Of a stretch of 64,000 nucleotides of DNA, positions 25,374 through 38,834 are shown one piece after another. This stretch comes from Octopus vulgaris (lineage: Eukaryota), in contig OX597821.1 of assembly GCA_951406725.2 (NCBI GenBank), positions 23,002,001 through 23,066,000 of the forward strand, given 5' to 3'. Position 1 is the stretch's first letter. Each line of letters begins with the position of its first letter. The translations under genes were made by a program, and so were the position numbers. The notes beneath the pieces are model-generated. The model searched no databases and was not told the origin of the DNA. It saw nothing but the letters and a program-made list of their open reading frames with translations.

Positions 25374-25714
25374 TGTTATAATTGTGAAAAAAATTATTTA
25401 TCCATATACATATAAATATAAAAATATAAAAATGTAAAATATAAAAACTTATACATAAACTTCATAATGCTACACTTATATAATATAATACTCATTGGTA
25501 CAATAATGCAAGGTAAACAGAACAAAATAAAACAAAATATATATCAGTGTATATATTAATATTAATAAGCACAGTTATTATACATATTTGGCTAATAGTT
25601 TAAAAAAAAAAAAAAAAAAAACTAACACATAGGGAGATGAAAAATAATAATTAAAACCATGTTTCAGTTCATAAAATTATAAAGCTATAAAAGTCAATAA
25701 AAATTACTTTTAAT

Positions 25715-25715
<1 letters not shown>

Positions 25716-25780
<65 letters not shown>
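25716..25780. repeat. (TAA)n microsatellite
   Basis: Seen directly. Confidence 0.95.
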
Positions 25781-25781
<1 letters not shown>

Positions 25782-26812
25782 GATACAGTTATGTTTGCAC
25801 CAAGTCCATCCTTTCAAGATCGAAATAACTATGAGTTTAGAAATTCTGACCACTAGGTAATGATAATTTAGATTTATTCGATTGGCTAGTAGTTTGAAAT
25901 TTAAATCACAAAAGAAATTATACGGTTGGTTAGTCAAGGAACGCCAATATTCACACGCGCATCCACAGATCGATCGCACATACATACATAATTATATGTA
26001 TACACACACACATACACTTATACACATACATAACCACAAGCAACAACTAGTACATAGATAAACAAAAAGGGAAGCAACTATGCTGCCATTTAGTCTTTCA
26101 AAATTATAACTATGCCTCAAATAACAAAAAAGATCCACTCATGCATTTCATAAAATATTTAATTTAAAGATAAAAATATATTTTTAAATATCAGTATGTT
26201 ACGATGTCAGATACTATTTCATTGGGTAACTTAAAATTTATAACACCGGTTTGTTGCATAGTAAACATACCGGTTATTAGATTTACCGTAAGTTTGTTAT
26301 GATTCCAAGTACGCTAAGTTATAAAATATAAAATATATATTAATTTATATATTATAAATATATCTCTTATTTACTTAATAAATTTAATCCCATAATATAC
26401 CAGATTAGGCATTAAATAATATCAACAAGGGGAAGTACTAATGCAAACGCATATGAGAACATCACAGAAATTTTTTAAAAAATTTATATATTATAAATAC
26501 TTAAGATAAAATGTGATAAAATAAATAAGAAGGAATAATTACGGTTACACACATATTATAAGTACAAACCAGTATATATGAATACATATATTATTAAAAT
26601 AAAATAAAAATAAATGATAGATATGTATGTATAAAACTACACTAGTATAAGTAAATAAGTAAAAAATAAAAAAATAATAAATAAATAGATAACAAATTAG
26701 ATGACTTGATATGTATGTATAAATCTACACTTAAATAAGCAAATAAATAAATAATTAGAAGACTAAATGCAGAGATAGATAACATTACAATAAAATAAAA
26801 AAATAAAGTGAA

Positions 26813-27167
26813 TGAGTGGCTCTGTGGTAAGTAGCTTGCTAACCAACCACATGGTTGCGGGTTCAGTCCAACTGCGTGGCATCTTGGGCAAGTGTCTTCT
26901 GCTATAGCCCCGGGCCGACCAATGCCTTGTGAGTGGATTTGGTAGACGGAAACTGAAAGAAGCCTGTCGTATATATGTATATATATATATGTGTGTGTGT
27001 GTTTGTGTTTGTCCCCCTAGCATTGCTTGACAACCGATGCTGGTGTGTTTACGTCCCCGTCACTTAGCGGTTCGGCAAAAAGAGACCGATAGAATAAGTA
27101 CTGAAAAGGCGGTGCTCCAGCATGGCCGCAGTCAAATGACTGAAACAAGTAAAAGAGTAAAAGAGAG
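26813..27167 (+). mobile_element. SINE family A with internal deletion
   Basis: Matches the family; lacks the ~35-bp segment before ggcggtgctccagc. Confidence 0.85.
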
Positions 27168-27822
27168 TTTTACTCTCCTAAAAGAGAGTAAAATATATGT
27201 TATATTGATGAAAGTAAATATGTATGGAAGGATAATTTAAAGTACAGATCCAGAAGACTATAGATATAAACTAAATATATAAGGCTGGTAATATTTATAA
27301 AGCCAAATGTATGTAAATGAAAAAGGTTTATTAGTAAATAGCATAAGATACAAATTAAGGTGAGTACAAAGAAAGACCAAATATACAATATAAACCTGCC
27401 AAATAAACACATACAAAAAACCTATATTCTCAACCTAAACAAACCAAACTCATAAAAGGCTCTCATATATTACATATTACACAATAGCATTACATTATCC
27501 AGAGCTAGGTATCTAACCAAGATATACATATATACTATGCAATATTAGAAAACTTCAAAAATCACATATTACAAGGCAAATACCAAAATGAATATGTTAT
27601 TTCATGTCATATTGCATTTCCCTTAAAAACAAACAAAAACCCACATATAAAAAACAAGAAACAAATAATACTAGACACATCTATTATTATTATACAAATG
27701 TAGCTATAAAAATTATAAAATTATAAATTTATAAGTTGCATACTTTAGAATTATAGAAGACCACTGGTATAGTTAGTTATAGAAGGGAGTTAAAAAATTA
27801 TTAATAGTAGAAGTGCTAAGTT

Positions 27823-28260
27823 CTATTTGAATCTAGAAAAGGTGAACGGTAGTCTATGAATGCAAAAGAAGTTTTTTTCATTTATGTTGTTAATAATTTG
27901 CCTACCCGCTTTAATAATGAAAAAAATTTCATTAATACATAGAGAGCATTTTTTATTTTTTCCATTATACACAGGTGCTGAAGTTAGTATTTTCCAGTTT
28001 AATCTAAAATCTAAGTTCTTATTTTTAAGTTCCCAGATGTATGCACTTAGCCCTGTAGAGTACATTCTATTTTTATTTCTAAAAGTATATCTGTGATAAT
28101 TCAATCTCTGTTTTATGCTATTCATAGTTGTCCCGATGTACACCCTACTACTCAATTGTGTATCTACAGTGCATTGGTAAACTACTTCCTTCCTGAGGCA
28201 TTGATTACCAAACACACATTTATTTCTGTTTCTGCAATTACAAAGATTAACAGAATGAGG
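27823..28260 (-). pseudogene. GIY-YIG endonuclease C-terminal remnant of an AT-rich Penelope-like element
   Basis: CNCRNRNKCVFGNQCL, VVYQCTV, VYIGTT..IKQRLNYH, TGLSAYIWELK, CSLCINE, CIH. No adjacent RT. The N-terminus of ORF 27823-28674 is microsatellite read-through. Confidence 0.8.
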
Positions 28261-28409
28261 TAATCTAAGATTGGTCCCCACCCCTGTACTACCATTCACA
28301 TTATAAGTGTTACAATTGTTATCATCATCCAAACCCAAAATCAACGAATGAGTTAATTTCACATTATTGGCTATATTCCTATCACTAGTACTAGTATTGG
28401 TAGTAGTAG

Positions 28410-28491
<82 letters not shown>

Positions 28492-28496
<5 letters not shown>

Positions 28497-28870
28497 TAAT
28501 CCAAACAAGAAAACAAAAAGACAACAACGCGAGGATGTGAAACAAATAAAGTATTATTGGGCGCTCAGGAAAGAAGGGAAGAAGGAGGGTATGACGTTTC
28601 GAGCGAAGCTCTTCGTCGGAAACATAGGAGAAAGAAAGATCCCGAAGTGAGAGGACAGAGGGAAAAAAATGCAAGTGGTCTTCACGAGGTCACATACTGA
28701 AAAGGCGGAAGTGGTAAACAAGAAGGAGCAGGTTTTCAAAAACAGGAGAGCGGAATCAAAGAAGGAATGGTAAACAACGGTGAGCGAGATGACAAGGGTA
28801 TGTGTGTGAGTGTGAGCGTGTGTGTGTGTGTGTATATGGTGGGCGAAGGCTAGCGGCAAGCAGCAGTAGC
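28492..28870 (-). mobile_element. PLE-type 3' tail / pseudo-LTR related to 12780-13018
   Basis: Shares the hammerhead motif and the downstream ttcctgagcg..taatac motif with the Neptune tail. Ends at (TA)n. Confidence 0.6.
28589..28623 (-). ncRNA. Minimal hammerhead-like motif (U4C core variant)
   Basis: Minus strand: GTTT-CCGACGA-A-GAGC ttc GCTC-GAAA-CG-TC-ATAC. Confidence 0.55.
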
Positions 28871-28872
28871 CA

Positions 28873-29057
28873 TTTCTTTATTACCCACAAGGGGGCTAAA
28901 CATAGAGGGGACAAACAAGGACAGACATAGGTATTAAGTCGATTACATCGACCCCAGTGCGTAACTGGTACTTAATTTATCGACCCCGAAAGGATGAAAG
29001 GTAAAGTCGACCTCGGCGGAATTTGAACTCACAACGTTGCGCCAGACGAAATACCGC
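28873..29057 (-). mobile_element. SINE family B
   Basis: Core match; GCAGTAGC on both sides is a probable TSD. Confidence 0.85.
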
Positions 29058-29096
29058 AGTAGCGAGTCAGGAAGGCAGGTCAGAAAACAGGGAGGA

Positions 29097-29967
29097 ATGT
29101 GTGTGTGCGTGTATATATCTCGTGTATGTGTTTTGTTGTAGTATGTGTGTGTGTACGTGTGCGTTTTTTTTGTGTGTATGGCGAGTAACTGTGCTTAACT
29201 AAGTGTATGTGTGGGTGTGTGTGCGTGTGCTTATATGTGCGTATATGTATAATTGTGTGCATGTATGTATGTGTGCGTGCGTATGTGTGCGCATGTTTTG
29301 GTGTGCGTATGTATGTGTGTGTCTGTGCTTATATGTGTGTACGTATGTGTATGTGCGCGTGCGCGTGGAGGTATATGTTGTGTGTATGTATATGTGTCGG
29401 TGTGTATGTGAATTCGTGTGTGTTTGTACGTGTGTAAGTGTATTGTATATATATATATGTAAATGTGTGTGTGTAAGTGCGTGGGAGTGAATGTATGTAT
29501 GTATGTGCGTGTGTGTACAAAATGTAGGGGTATTATATATGTGTTTATATGTTTATATGTGTGTATATATATGCATGCAAGGACACACTTCGCAACTGAA
29601 GGGATGATGGAAAATACTCCTGCGGTGACAGGCGCAAGAGAAACCCCAGGCACAACGCGCCGGCCCAGGCACGAACCCGAGATATAGCCAGAACCCACAG
29701 GCATGCGTGCATGCATCTATGTATGTGTGTGCGCGCGCGTTTGCATGTGTGTGCGTGTGCATGCGAGTGTGTGTGTGTATGTATGTGTGAGTGTGTATGT
29801 GTGTATGTCTGTGTGTATGTGTGTCCGTATGAGTGTATGTAAGTATGTGTGTGTGTATATGTGTATGTGTATGTGTGTATGTATGTATGTATGTGTGTGT
29901 GTATGTGTGTGTATGCATGTATGTGTGTATGTGTGGAAGTGTGTGTGTGTATGTATGTATGTATGTA

Positions 29968-29998
<31 letters not shown>

Positions 29999-30380
29999 CC
30001 ATGCGTGTGTGTGTGTACGTATGTAATGTATGTATGTGTGTGTATGCGTGTGCGTGTGTATGTGGGTGTGTATGTGTGGTGTGTAGTATGTGGGAGTGTA
30101 AGTGTGTGTGTGTATGTATCCGTGTGCGTGTGTATGTGGGTGTGTTTGTATGTATGTGTGAGTGTATAGGTGTATGTCTGTGTGTATGTATGTCTTGTGT
30201 ATGTATGTATGTGTATGTGTGTATGTGTGTGTATGTATGTATGTGTGTATGTATGTATGTGTGTGTGTGTATGTATGTATGTATGTATGTATGTATGTGT
30301 GTATGTGTGTAAGTGTATATGCGTGTATGTATGTAGGTATGTATGTGTGCGCGCGTGCATGCATGCATGTGACATATATA

Positions 30381-30412
<32 letters not shown>
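29097..30412. repeat. Long degenerate (TG)n/(TATG)n microsatellite field
   Basis: Seen directly. Source of the long HT/CV-repeat ORFs. Confidence 0.9.
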
Positions 30413-30413
<1 letters not shown>

Positions 30414-30718
30414 CTGTTTGTGTGTCTGTCGCCCCACCGTCGGTTGACAAACGATGTTGGTATTTTTATGTCCCCGTAACTTAGCGGTTTGGCAAAAGAA
30501 ACCGATTGAATAAGTATTAGGCTTACAAAGACTAAGTCCTCGGAACCATTCGTTCGACTAAAGACAGAGCTCCAGCATGACCGCTTTCAAATGACTGAAA
30601 CAAGTAAAAAAAATAATAAAGCAATTAAGGAATATGTGTTTATGTGTGTGTGTGTGTGCGTGCGTGTGTGTGCGTACGTGTGTGTGTGTTGTGTTGTGTG
30701 TGTGTGTGTGTGTGTGAA

Positions 30719-30767
<49 letters not shown>

Positions 30768-31008
30768 CTGCTGACAGTCTGTCGGAACGCTCCTCTTTCT
30801 CTTTCTCTGCGTAATGAATTACAATCGGGAAGACGCTGATTTGCCAACATTTTAAAACGTCATCACCTTTTTGTCACGTGTGTTGCTAATATACCGACAG
30901 TGGCTTGTATTTCTATGTGTACTAGTACGTGTGTGTGTGTGTGCGTTGAATATGTATGTATGTTTTCATGTGTGCGTGTTTGAGTGTTTGTGTGAATGTG
31001 CGTGTGTG

Positions 31009-31082
<74 letters not shown>

Positions 31083-31132
31083 CGGGATAGAGTGAGAGAG
31101 GAAAACATGCGTTATCCCATATGTTTATCCAC

Positions 31133-31440
31133 GTGGAGGCGCAATGGCCTAGTGTTTAGGGCAGCGGACTCGCGATCGGAGGAGCGAGGTTTCGATTCCC
31201 AGACTGGGCGTTGTGTGTGTTTATTGAGCGAAAAACACCTAAAAACTCTACGAGGCTCCGACAGGGGGTGGTGGTGGCGACCCCTGTTGTACCTCTTTCG
31301 TCACAACTTTCTCTCACTCTCTCTTCCTGTTTCTTGAGTAACGCTGCGATGGACTGGCGTCCCATCCAGCTGGGGGGATCACACATACGTTACAGAAACC
31401 GGGAAACCGGGCCCATGAGCTTGGCTAGGCTTGAAAAGGG
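31133..31440 (+). mobile_element. SINE family C variant
   Basis: Same head as 20433, different 3' part. Confidence 0.8.
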
Positions 31441-31448
31441 CGACATAT

Positions 31449-31613
31449 GGCGCAGTAGTGGCTGTGTGGTAAGTAGCTTGTTTGCCAACCACATGGTTCC
31501 GGGTTCAGTCCCACTGCGTGGCACCTTGGGCAAGTGTCTTCTGCTATAGCCTCGGGCCGACCAAAGCCTTGTGAGTGGATTTGGTAGACGGAAACTGAAA
31601 GAAGCCCGTTGTA

Positions 31614-31703
<90 letters not shown>

Positions 31704-31860
31704 TGTCCCCTAGCATTGCTTGACAACCGATGCTGGTGTGTTTATGTCCCCGTTACTTAGCGGTTCGGCACAAGAGACCGATAGAATAAGTACTGGGCTT
31801 ACAAAGAATAAGTCCCGGGGTCGAGTTGCTCGACTGAAACAAGTAAAAGAGTAAAAGAGT
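31449..31860 (+). mobile_element. SINE family A
   Basis: Head-to-tail match with a small 3' deletion. Confidence 0.88.
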
Positions 31861-32495
31861 ATATGAGTGTGTGTATGTATATGTGTGTGTATGAGTGTAC
31901 GCGTGTATGTATGTCCAAATATATGCATCTGTGTGTGTTTGTGCGTATGTGTGGCCATATATGCTCTATTATGTGTACGTGCGTGTGTGTGCGTGTACCC
32001 ATTTACACGCTTGTGCGTAAGTGTCTGAGTTTGTGCGTGCATGTGTCTGTGTCCATACATCCACCGGCATGTTTCTATGTGCATCTGTGTGTGAGTTTGT
32101 GTGTTTGTGTATGTTGATATACATATATCTGAATGTGCACATGTGCGTGGGTATATGTCTTGATATATGCATCTGTGTATGAGTATGTGTGTATATGTGT
32201 CCGTATATACATCTACGTGTATTTGCGTGTGTCAAATAAATTAAGAATGTCATTAAATGCGGAATTTGTAACAAAATATTCCTATCACTTTCAATAATAA
32301 ATTGTTTATATAACTGATATTTCGACGTAACATGCCCTATTCTTAGCGAAATTAACGACATTATCGGCTGCTGATTATTTATCTTGGTTCTATCTTGTAG
32401 CATAGAAGCATGTCCTTTGAAGACGTTGACGCATCGTTGTATAGTTATGCGAGTGGGATCTTTTGGATCATTATTCATTTACAAAGAAGATAATG

Positions 32496-32528
<33 letters not shown>

Positions 32529-32561
32529 TGTATGTATGTATGTATGTATGTATGTATGTAT

Positions 32562-33075
32562 GTTGCATGGTCGGGTCGTCGGCGACTAAACCGGCAACCC
32601 CACCAAGCTTGCTTGGTGAGGAGGGTGTTTATTGGACACCCTGCAGGATGAAAAACAAAACCCGCCAAAGGGCGGAGGAACTCTTGAGAGTCAACGGCCA
32701 TCCAATAAATGTCTTAAGGCTGTATCATGCGCGGGGACATAGAAATAATAGGACTGAATACCCGATCGCGCGGTTAAACCATTGGGAGTGAAGGACTCCT
32801 AGCCTTTGTTAGGGCATCATTCTAGGAGAAGGTAACTCAGGTAACTGGGATAACTCCGACATAAAACCTGCGGCTCAGTGGTTACCGATGATGTTGACTT
32901 GTTCTTCTTTTCGGATTATGGCTGCTGTTGCTTAGTGAGTGGGATTGACTCAGCGCACAGCCTTTCCCCACTTAAAAAAAAATCTTCTTGCACAGGCATT
33001 GCACGATAACAACATTGATTAAGCTACGTGCAATGGCCATACTCGATAACGAGGGGGCAGCCACCATGTATGTAT
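32562..33075 (+). mobile_element. Probable non-autonomous RTE-derived element within (TATG)n
   Basis: GC-richer island bounded by (TATG)n. Contains ggcatcattctaggagaaggtaactc, recalling RTE 5' regions. Confidence 0.4.
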
Positions 33076-33129
33076 GTACACATGTACTAGTGTATGAATA
33101 TAGTACCAATGTACATCTCTCTGTTTGTC

Positions 33130-33197
<68 letters not shown>

Positions 33198-33203
33198 CAC
33201 ACA

Positions 33204-33510
33204 TGTGGAGGCATAATGGCCCAGTGGTTAGGGCAGCTGACTCGCGGTCGTAAGATCGCAGTTTCGATTCCCAGACCGAGCATTGTGAGTGTTTATTGAG
33301 CGAAAAACACCTAAAAAGCTCCACGAGGCTCCGGCAGGAGGTGGGGTGGCGATCCCTGCTGTACTCTTTCGCCACAACTTTCTCTCACTCTTTCTTCTTC
33401 GCTTAGCCAGTGGGGTGGCGTCATTTTAAGGCTAAAACAATGCGAAGCGCATTGTGACCAGCGATGTGTAGCAACATCTGATAGGCTGGTCGGTCACGGT
33501 GATTACGGTG
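33204..33510 (+). mobile_element. SINE family C variant
   Basis: Family C head; 3' part shared with the inverted copy at 59705-59997. Confidence 0.8.
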
Positions 33511-33723
33511 ATATATATACATATATGCATGTATATATGTATATGTGTATGTTTGTTTACACACACACAAACACACACATATATATATATGTACATATAA
33601 AGAGAAAAGAACATGGACACAACTTGGCACTTCTTTATCCAAAATTGTTAGAAATGTTTCAGTATTCGGCAGCGTATGACGTTACAAGTAAGGCGCAGCT
33701 TATAGGAGAAAAATGAAGCAAGC

Positions 33724-33773
33724 GACGGTGAGGGTTTAATGCGATTAACATTAGAGCCGAAACGTACGTAGTT
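33724..33773 (+). ncRNA. Degenerate hammerhead-like motif
   Basis: GAC-GGTGA-GGGTTTAATG cgattaa CATTAGAGCC-GAAA-CGTACG-TA-GTT. Stems present; the CUGANGA box is damaged. Confidence 0.4.
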
Positions 33774-34483
33774 CAATTGTCGATCGTCGAGCGCATCTAG
33801 TCGCACCTACACAGACACGTGCGCGCGCATGCAAATATGTACGTATGTATGCGTGTATATTTTATTCTTTATTCTGTTACTCGTTTCAGCCTAAAGGCTG
33901 TGGACATGCTGGAGCACCGCCGGAAGTGACAGATAGGATTATAATTCTATTTACAAAATTTCAAACACTGCCGTTTTCTAAGTTATGCAGAATTCGTACG
34001 TACACACGTACACACACTCGCATACACACACATACGCACGTATACTCTCTCTCTCACACACACACACACACACATGAATACATACTGGCAATCTGTAGAC
34101 CATACTTAATGCAAACAGATCGCGGAAAGCCAAATTATTTGCGATATTCGTCCAGAAATAATATATCTTATGGACGTACTGTGTTAAATAACCCCAAAAT
34201 ATATAAGTGGTGATGAGAATGCTAGACGCGCATGTCTGCCTTTTTAGGCAATACATCCATTAGATATATTATCATCTCGACGAATACCACAGTTAATGTT
34301 GCTTTCCGTGATATATTTAAGTCTGATATACAGATTGCAATTTTAATCTAATACTTTTCTATTGCACAAAACGAATTTTTCTTTTCAGTTGGCCGGTTAA
34401 TTGCAACAACAGTGACTTTTTCACCCACTGATTACCTATGTCAGTGGCCACGGATTTTGTCTTGCAATGTAGTTTCCTAGCTG

Positions 34484-34535
34484 GTACTTGCTACTGACGA
34501 AGCTCAATAAAGCAGAAATGCGCATCCAGCTGTAC
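34484..34535 (+). ncRNA. Minimal hammerhead-like motif
   Basis: GTAC.TGCTA-CTGACGA-A-GCT caataa AGC-A-GAAA-TGCGCA-TC-CAGC.GTAC. Palindromic stem III ATGCGCAT; AUC triplet. Confidence 0.6.
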
Positions 34536-34644
34536 GATTTTCCTCTGCAACTGATATACTTTTGTGTTATTTAACTCTCTCTGTATTTCTCTCTTATTTT
34601 CTCACCCCTTTCACTCTACGATGTACAAAGTGACTGAAGAATCA

Positions 34645-35150
34645 AAGGCGCGCGGCTTAGTGGTTACGGTATTCGGCTCACGATCGTAAAGTCGTGAGTT
34701 CAATTCCTGGCGCGCGTTCTGTCTTTCAGAAGACACTTTATTTCACGGTGCACCAGTCCACTCAGCTCGCAAAATGAGTTGCCCCTGACAAAATTAGTTG
34801 CAGCTGGCAAAACGAGTTGCATGGCTGTGGAGTGCTCAACCACTCGTACGTTAATTTCACGAGCAGGCTATTCCATTTATTGCATCGATGGAACACTCGT
34901 CGTCGTAATCGACAGAGTGCCAGTTTAATACAGAGAGTTGAGGCGCGTGGCTTACTAGTTGCATTCGTGATTGTGGTTTTGAATCTTGGACCGGGCGATG
35001 CGTTGTGCTCATGAACAAAACACTTCATTTCACGTTGCTCTAATACACTCAGTTGGCAAAAACGAATAATCCTGCGACAGACAGGCATCCCTTTCAGAGT
35101 GTTAGGGTTAATATATACTCCAGAGGATCTGGGAAACCAGCCTTATTAGT
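34645..35150 (+). mobile_element. Diverged tRNA-derived SINE copies related to family C
   Basis: Heads ggcgcgcggcttagtggtt (34647) and gaggcgcgtggcttac (34940); 3' segment shared with 20715-20810. Confidence 0.6.
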
Positions 35151-35415
35151 CCATGGCTCGAAAAAGATATTTGATTCTTTTTTTTCTTTATTTTTGATAT
35201 TTAAAAATACCTAACTTGGGCTGAGAGATTCATCCGAAACTTTTGAACTCTCGCACTCTTGTTACGTATGTTCAGCATGCTCGTCGCAAAGGACGACACT
35301 GGACGGCACTGGACGGCACTGTGCCTTCACTATTCAATGATGTGCCTTCAGATTTACAGTGATATACTCATTTCGAAACTCCAGTTTAGAATTATTACAA
35401 ATTAGTAACCATTAG

Positions 35416-35810
35416 TAGGCGCAGGAGTGGCTGTGTGGTAAGTAGCTTGTTTACCAACCACATGGTTCCGGGTTCAGTCCCACTGCGTGGCACCTTGGAC
35501 AAGTGTCTTCTACTATAGCCTCGGGCCGACCAATGCCTTGTGAGTGGATTTGGTAGACGGAAACTGAAAGAAGCCCGTCGTATATATGTATATATATATG
35601 AGCGTGTGTGTGTCTGTGTTTGTCCCCCTAGCATTGCTTAACAACCGATGCTGGTGTGTTTATGTCCCCGTTACTTAGCGGTTCAGCAAAAGAGACCGAT
35701 AGAATAAGTACTGGGCTTACAAAAGAATAAGTCCTGGGATCGAGTTGCTCGATTAAAGGCGGTGCTCCAGCATGGCCGCAGTCAAATGACTGTAAAAGAG
35801 TAAAAGAGTA
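35416..35810 (+). mobile_element. SINE family A, full length
   Basis: Match to 4688-5105. Confidence 0.9.
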
Positions 35811-35999
35811 TCCAGAATATTCTGAAGCACCCAGACACCCAGACACCAAAATTTGGCAACGGGCATGATGTGTTGCATATAAACCTCAGCTCAATGCTTC
35901 CAGAATAATGCTGCACACAAGTTTTAGCAATCTGGCGGGGACCCGGCTGGTGTAGTAGAATCTTGCACGAAACTTTTGAAAGCATATGATAAATAACTC

Positions 36000-36219
36000 T
36001 TTTACTCTTTTTACTCTTACTTGTTTCAGTCATTTGACTGCGGCCATGCTGGAGCACTGTCTGTAGTCGAGCAAAACGACCCCAGGACTTATTCTTTGTA
36101 AGCTTAGTACTTATTCTATCGGTGTCTTTTGCCAAACCGCTAAGTTACGGGGACGTAAACATACCAGCGTCGGTTGTCAAGCGATTTTTTTTGGGGGGGG
36201 GCAAACAAAGACACACAAA

Positions 36220-36273
<54 letters not shown>

Positions 36274-36274
36274 T

Positions 36275-36307
<33 letters not shown>

Positions 36308-36467
36308 AACATATATACGACGGGCTTCTTTCAGTTTCCGTCTACCAAATCCACTCACAAGTCTTTGGTTGGCCCAAGGCTATAGTAGAAGACACTTGCC
36401 CAAGGTGCCACGCAGTGGGACTGAACACGGAACCATGTGGTTCATAAGCAAGTTACTTACCACACAG
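36000..36467 (-). mobile_element. SINE family A
   Basis: Reverse-complement match, tail-to-tail with 35416-35810. Confidence 0.9.
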
Positions 36468-37265
36468 TAAGGCAACGTATTTTGAGGAAATCGGTTTAGT
36501 CGATTACATAGTTCCCAGTCCTTGACAGGTACTCATTTTTTGATATACTGAAAGAATGAAAGTCATAATTATTGGGCTCGGTGGGGTTTGAACTTAGAAC
36601 GTAGAAGGCAAGAACATATACCGCGAAACATTTTGTCTCCTGCGCCTATAATTCGGCCAAATGAAACCATCTGAGTTCTGATCATAGGCATGATATCATA
36701 AGTATAGTGAGAAGGGAATTATCGATTACATCGACTCTAGTACTTGACTGATACTATTTTATCAGCCCAGAAGAAATGACAGATAAAGTCGGCTTCGGCA
36801 ATATTTGTACGGAACGCTCATTTCATTATTTATAACGAAATGAGCGTTCCGTACAAAGTTCTACTATTTCTCGCCGTTCTTAGCAGAATATGTAGTGAAT
36901 GACAAATACGGATACATATGTATATGTGTGTCTGTCTGTCTATATATATCCGGTGCCCCAGCATGGCCGCAGTCTCAAGGCAGAAACATAAAAGAATGAA
37001 GGGATATATATGTACATACATACATACATGGGATATATATATGTACATACATACATGTATACACACGAATACACACATACACTCCCACATGCAGAGAGAG
37101 AGAGGGGAAGAGAGAAAGAGAAAGAGAGAGGAGCGCGAGAGAATGCTGGCAAACATGTGACCTACATAAAACAGTTACCACCTCACTGTCAATGATAGAA
37201 ACAAGAGAATATGCTGGCATATGACTACATTTGAAATATATTAAAAAAAACCGCTTACTGCCACT

Positions 37266-37339
37266 GGCCGGTTAGCTCAGTTGGTTAGAGCGTCGTGCTA
37301 ATAACGCGAATGTCGTGGGTTCGAGCCCCATACTGGCCA
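37266..37339 (+). tRNA. trnI-AAT: tRNA-Ile (anticodon AAT), intact copy 1
   Basis: GGCCGGTTAGCTCAGTTGGTTAGAGCGTCGTGCTAATAACGCGAATGTCGTGGGTTCGAGCCCCATACTGGCCA; cloverleaf; T-run downstream. Confidence 0.96.
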
Positions 37340-37810
37340 AGTATGTATTTTTTTTTCCTTTTCCAATTTATGGTATACTTTAATTTTTGTTAGCATTTAC
37401 AGTCTAATTCATAAATCTCTATTTCACGTTGCGTGCATCGGTTTGTTACGTAACATGCAACAATGTGCAACAGTTTTTCTGTAAGATATGAATTTGAATT
37501 GCCATAGTAAAGGGATGTAACTGTGATATTATTTATTGCCATGAAGGGTGGTAGGTGGGCAGAATCATCAGAATGTCGAAGTAGCACTTTGCTCTTTACA
37601 TTCCGAGATCAGCTTTGCTCTTCACAAAAAAGGGGTCACGTACTGGGGGTTGATGTAACTGACTAACCACTTCCTAAATTAGAAACGATTATTTATTAAC
37701 AAGGTCAATAAAAATTTATTACTAAGGTCAATAAACCTTTTGACCAAAGGCTTTCAAGCAATGAAAGACCCTAAAAGTATATCATATACTGTTTTACCCA
37801 ATGTAGCCCT

Positions 37811-38585
37811 TTTCTTTTACTTGTTTCAGTCATTTGACTGCGGCCGTGCTGGAGCACCGCCTTAAAGGGTTTTAGCCGAAGAAATTGACCCCAGTACTTA
37901 TTTTTTTTAAACCTGGTACTTATTCTACCGGTCTCTTTACCGAACTGCTATTTCATGGGGACGTAAACACACCAGCATTGGTTGTCAAGCGATGGTGGGG
38001 GACAAACACAGACACAAAGGCACACACATAAATATATAAACATCTCTCTATATATAAACGGCAGTTTGTCTGTGCGTGTTTCTGTGTGTCTGTTTGCTTG
38101 TACCCTCACTCTGACCACGGCTTTCAACCGATTCTGATGAAACTTGACACACACATAGCCCAATGTCATAATTCAAAACTAACGCAGCGAAAATTTTGAA
38201 AAGTTCCCCTAGTTCAGAAAAAGATCGATAAATTCGACATGGGGTCGACAATCAGAACCACAAACCGCAGATGGTGTAGGGGACGCAACTCGGCCTTTTT
38301 AACTATCAAAAAAAATTTACCATCATTTTTTTCCCTTTTTTTTGCTATTTTTTGGCTATAACTCTCTAAAAGTGCTTTATAGTTATTTCCCTTACAAACC
38401 CGAGCAACGCCGGGCGATACTGCTAGTAAATATATATACGACGGGATTATTTCAGTTTCCGTCTACCAAATCTATGCTCAAGGCTTCAGTCAGCCCGTGG
38501 CTATAGCAGAATCTTCTTCTCCAAAGTACCACAGTGGTACTTAACCCAGAACCATGTTGTTGGGAAGCAAGCTTCTTAACCACAT
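37811..38585 (-). mobile_element. SINE family A interrupted by a Helitron
   Basis: Two halves of the SINE flank 38043-38426. Confidence 0.85.
38043..38426 (+). mobile_element. Non-autonomous Helitron
   Basis: 5' TCTCTCTATATATAAA; 3' CCCGAGCAACGCCGGG..CTAG. A|T insertion inside a SINE, no TSD. Confidence 0.85.
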
Positions 38586-38599
38586 GCTCTATGTATTAA

Positions 38600-38834
38600 C
38601 CCATTCATGCCGATTGTCACTTAATTTATAAGGGTATAAAACAAATACTTGATACAAATTGTGATTTGTGTATGATCTGTATCAAAGAATGAAACATGTT
38701 CTTCACGCGCATGCAGTCTGTATCAAACGGATTCCAATGGAATTTTTTTTTCAATTGTTATTTAAGGTCAAAATAATAGTGTCTGTGAACTTTCAGGCAA
38801 TTTCATTCACTAGTTAAATTTCGGCACGAATGGG
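38600..38834. mobile_element. piggyBac-like MITE
   Basis: TTAA-CCCATTCATGCCGA...TCGGCACGAATGGG-TTAA: CCC/GGG termini with TTAA TSD. Confidence 0.8.

Noticed and set aside
29080-31108. Long ORFs up to 301 aa rich in HT/YI/CV dipeptides
   Set aside because: Translations of (TG)n/(TATG)n microsatellites, open in several frames with no domain content.
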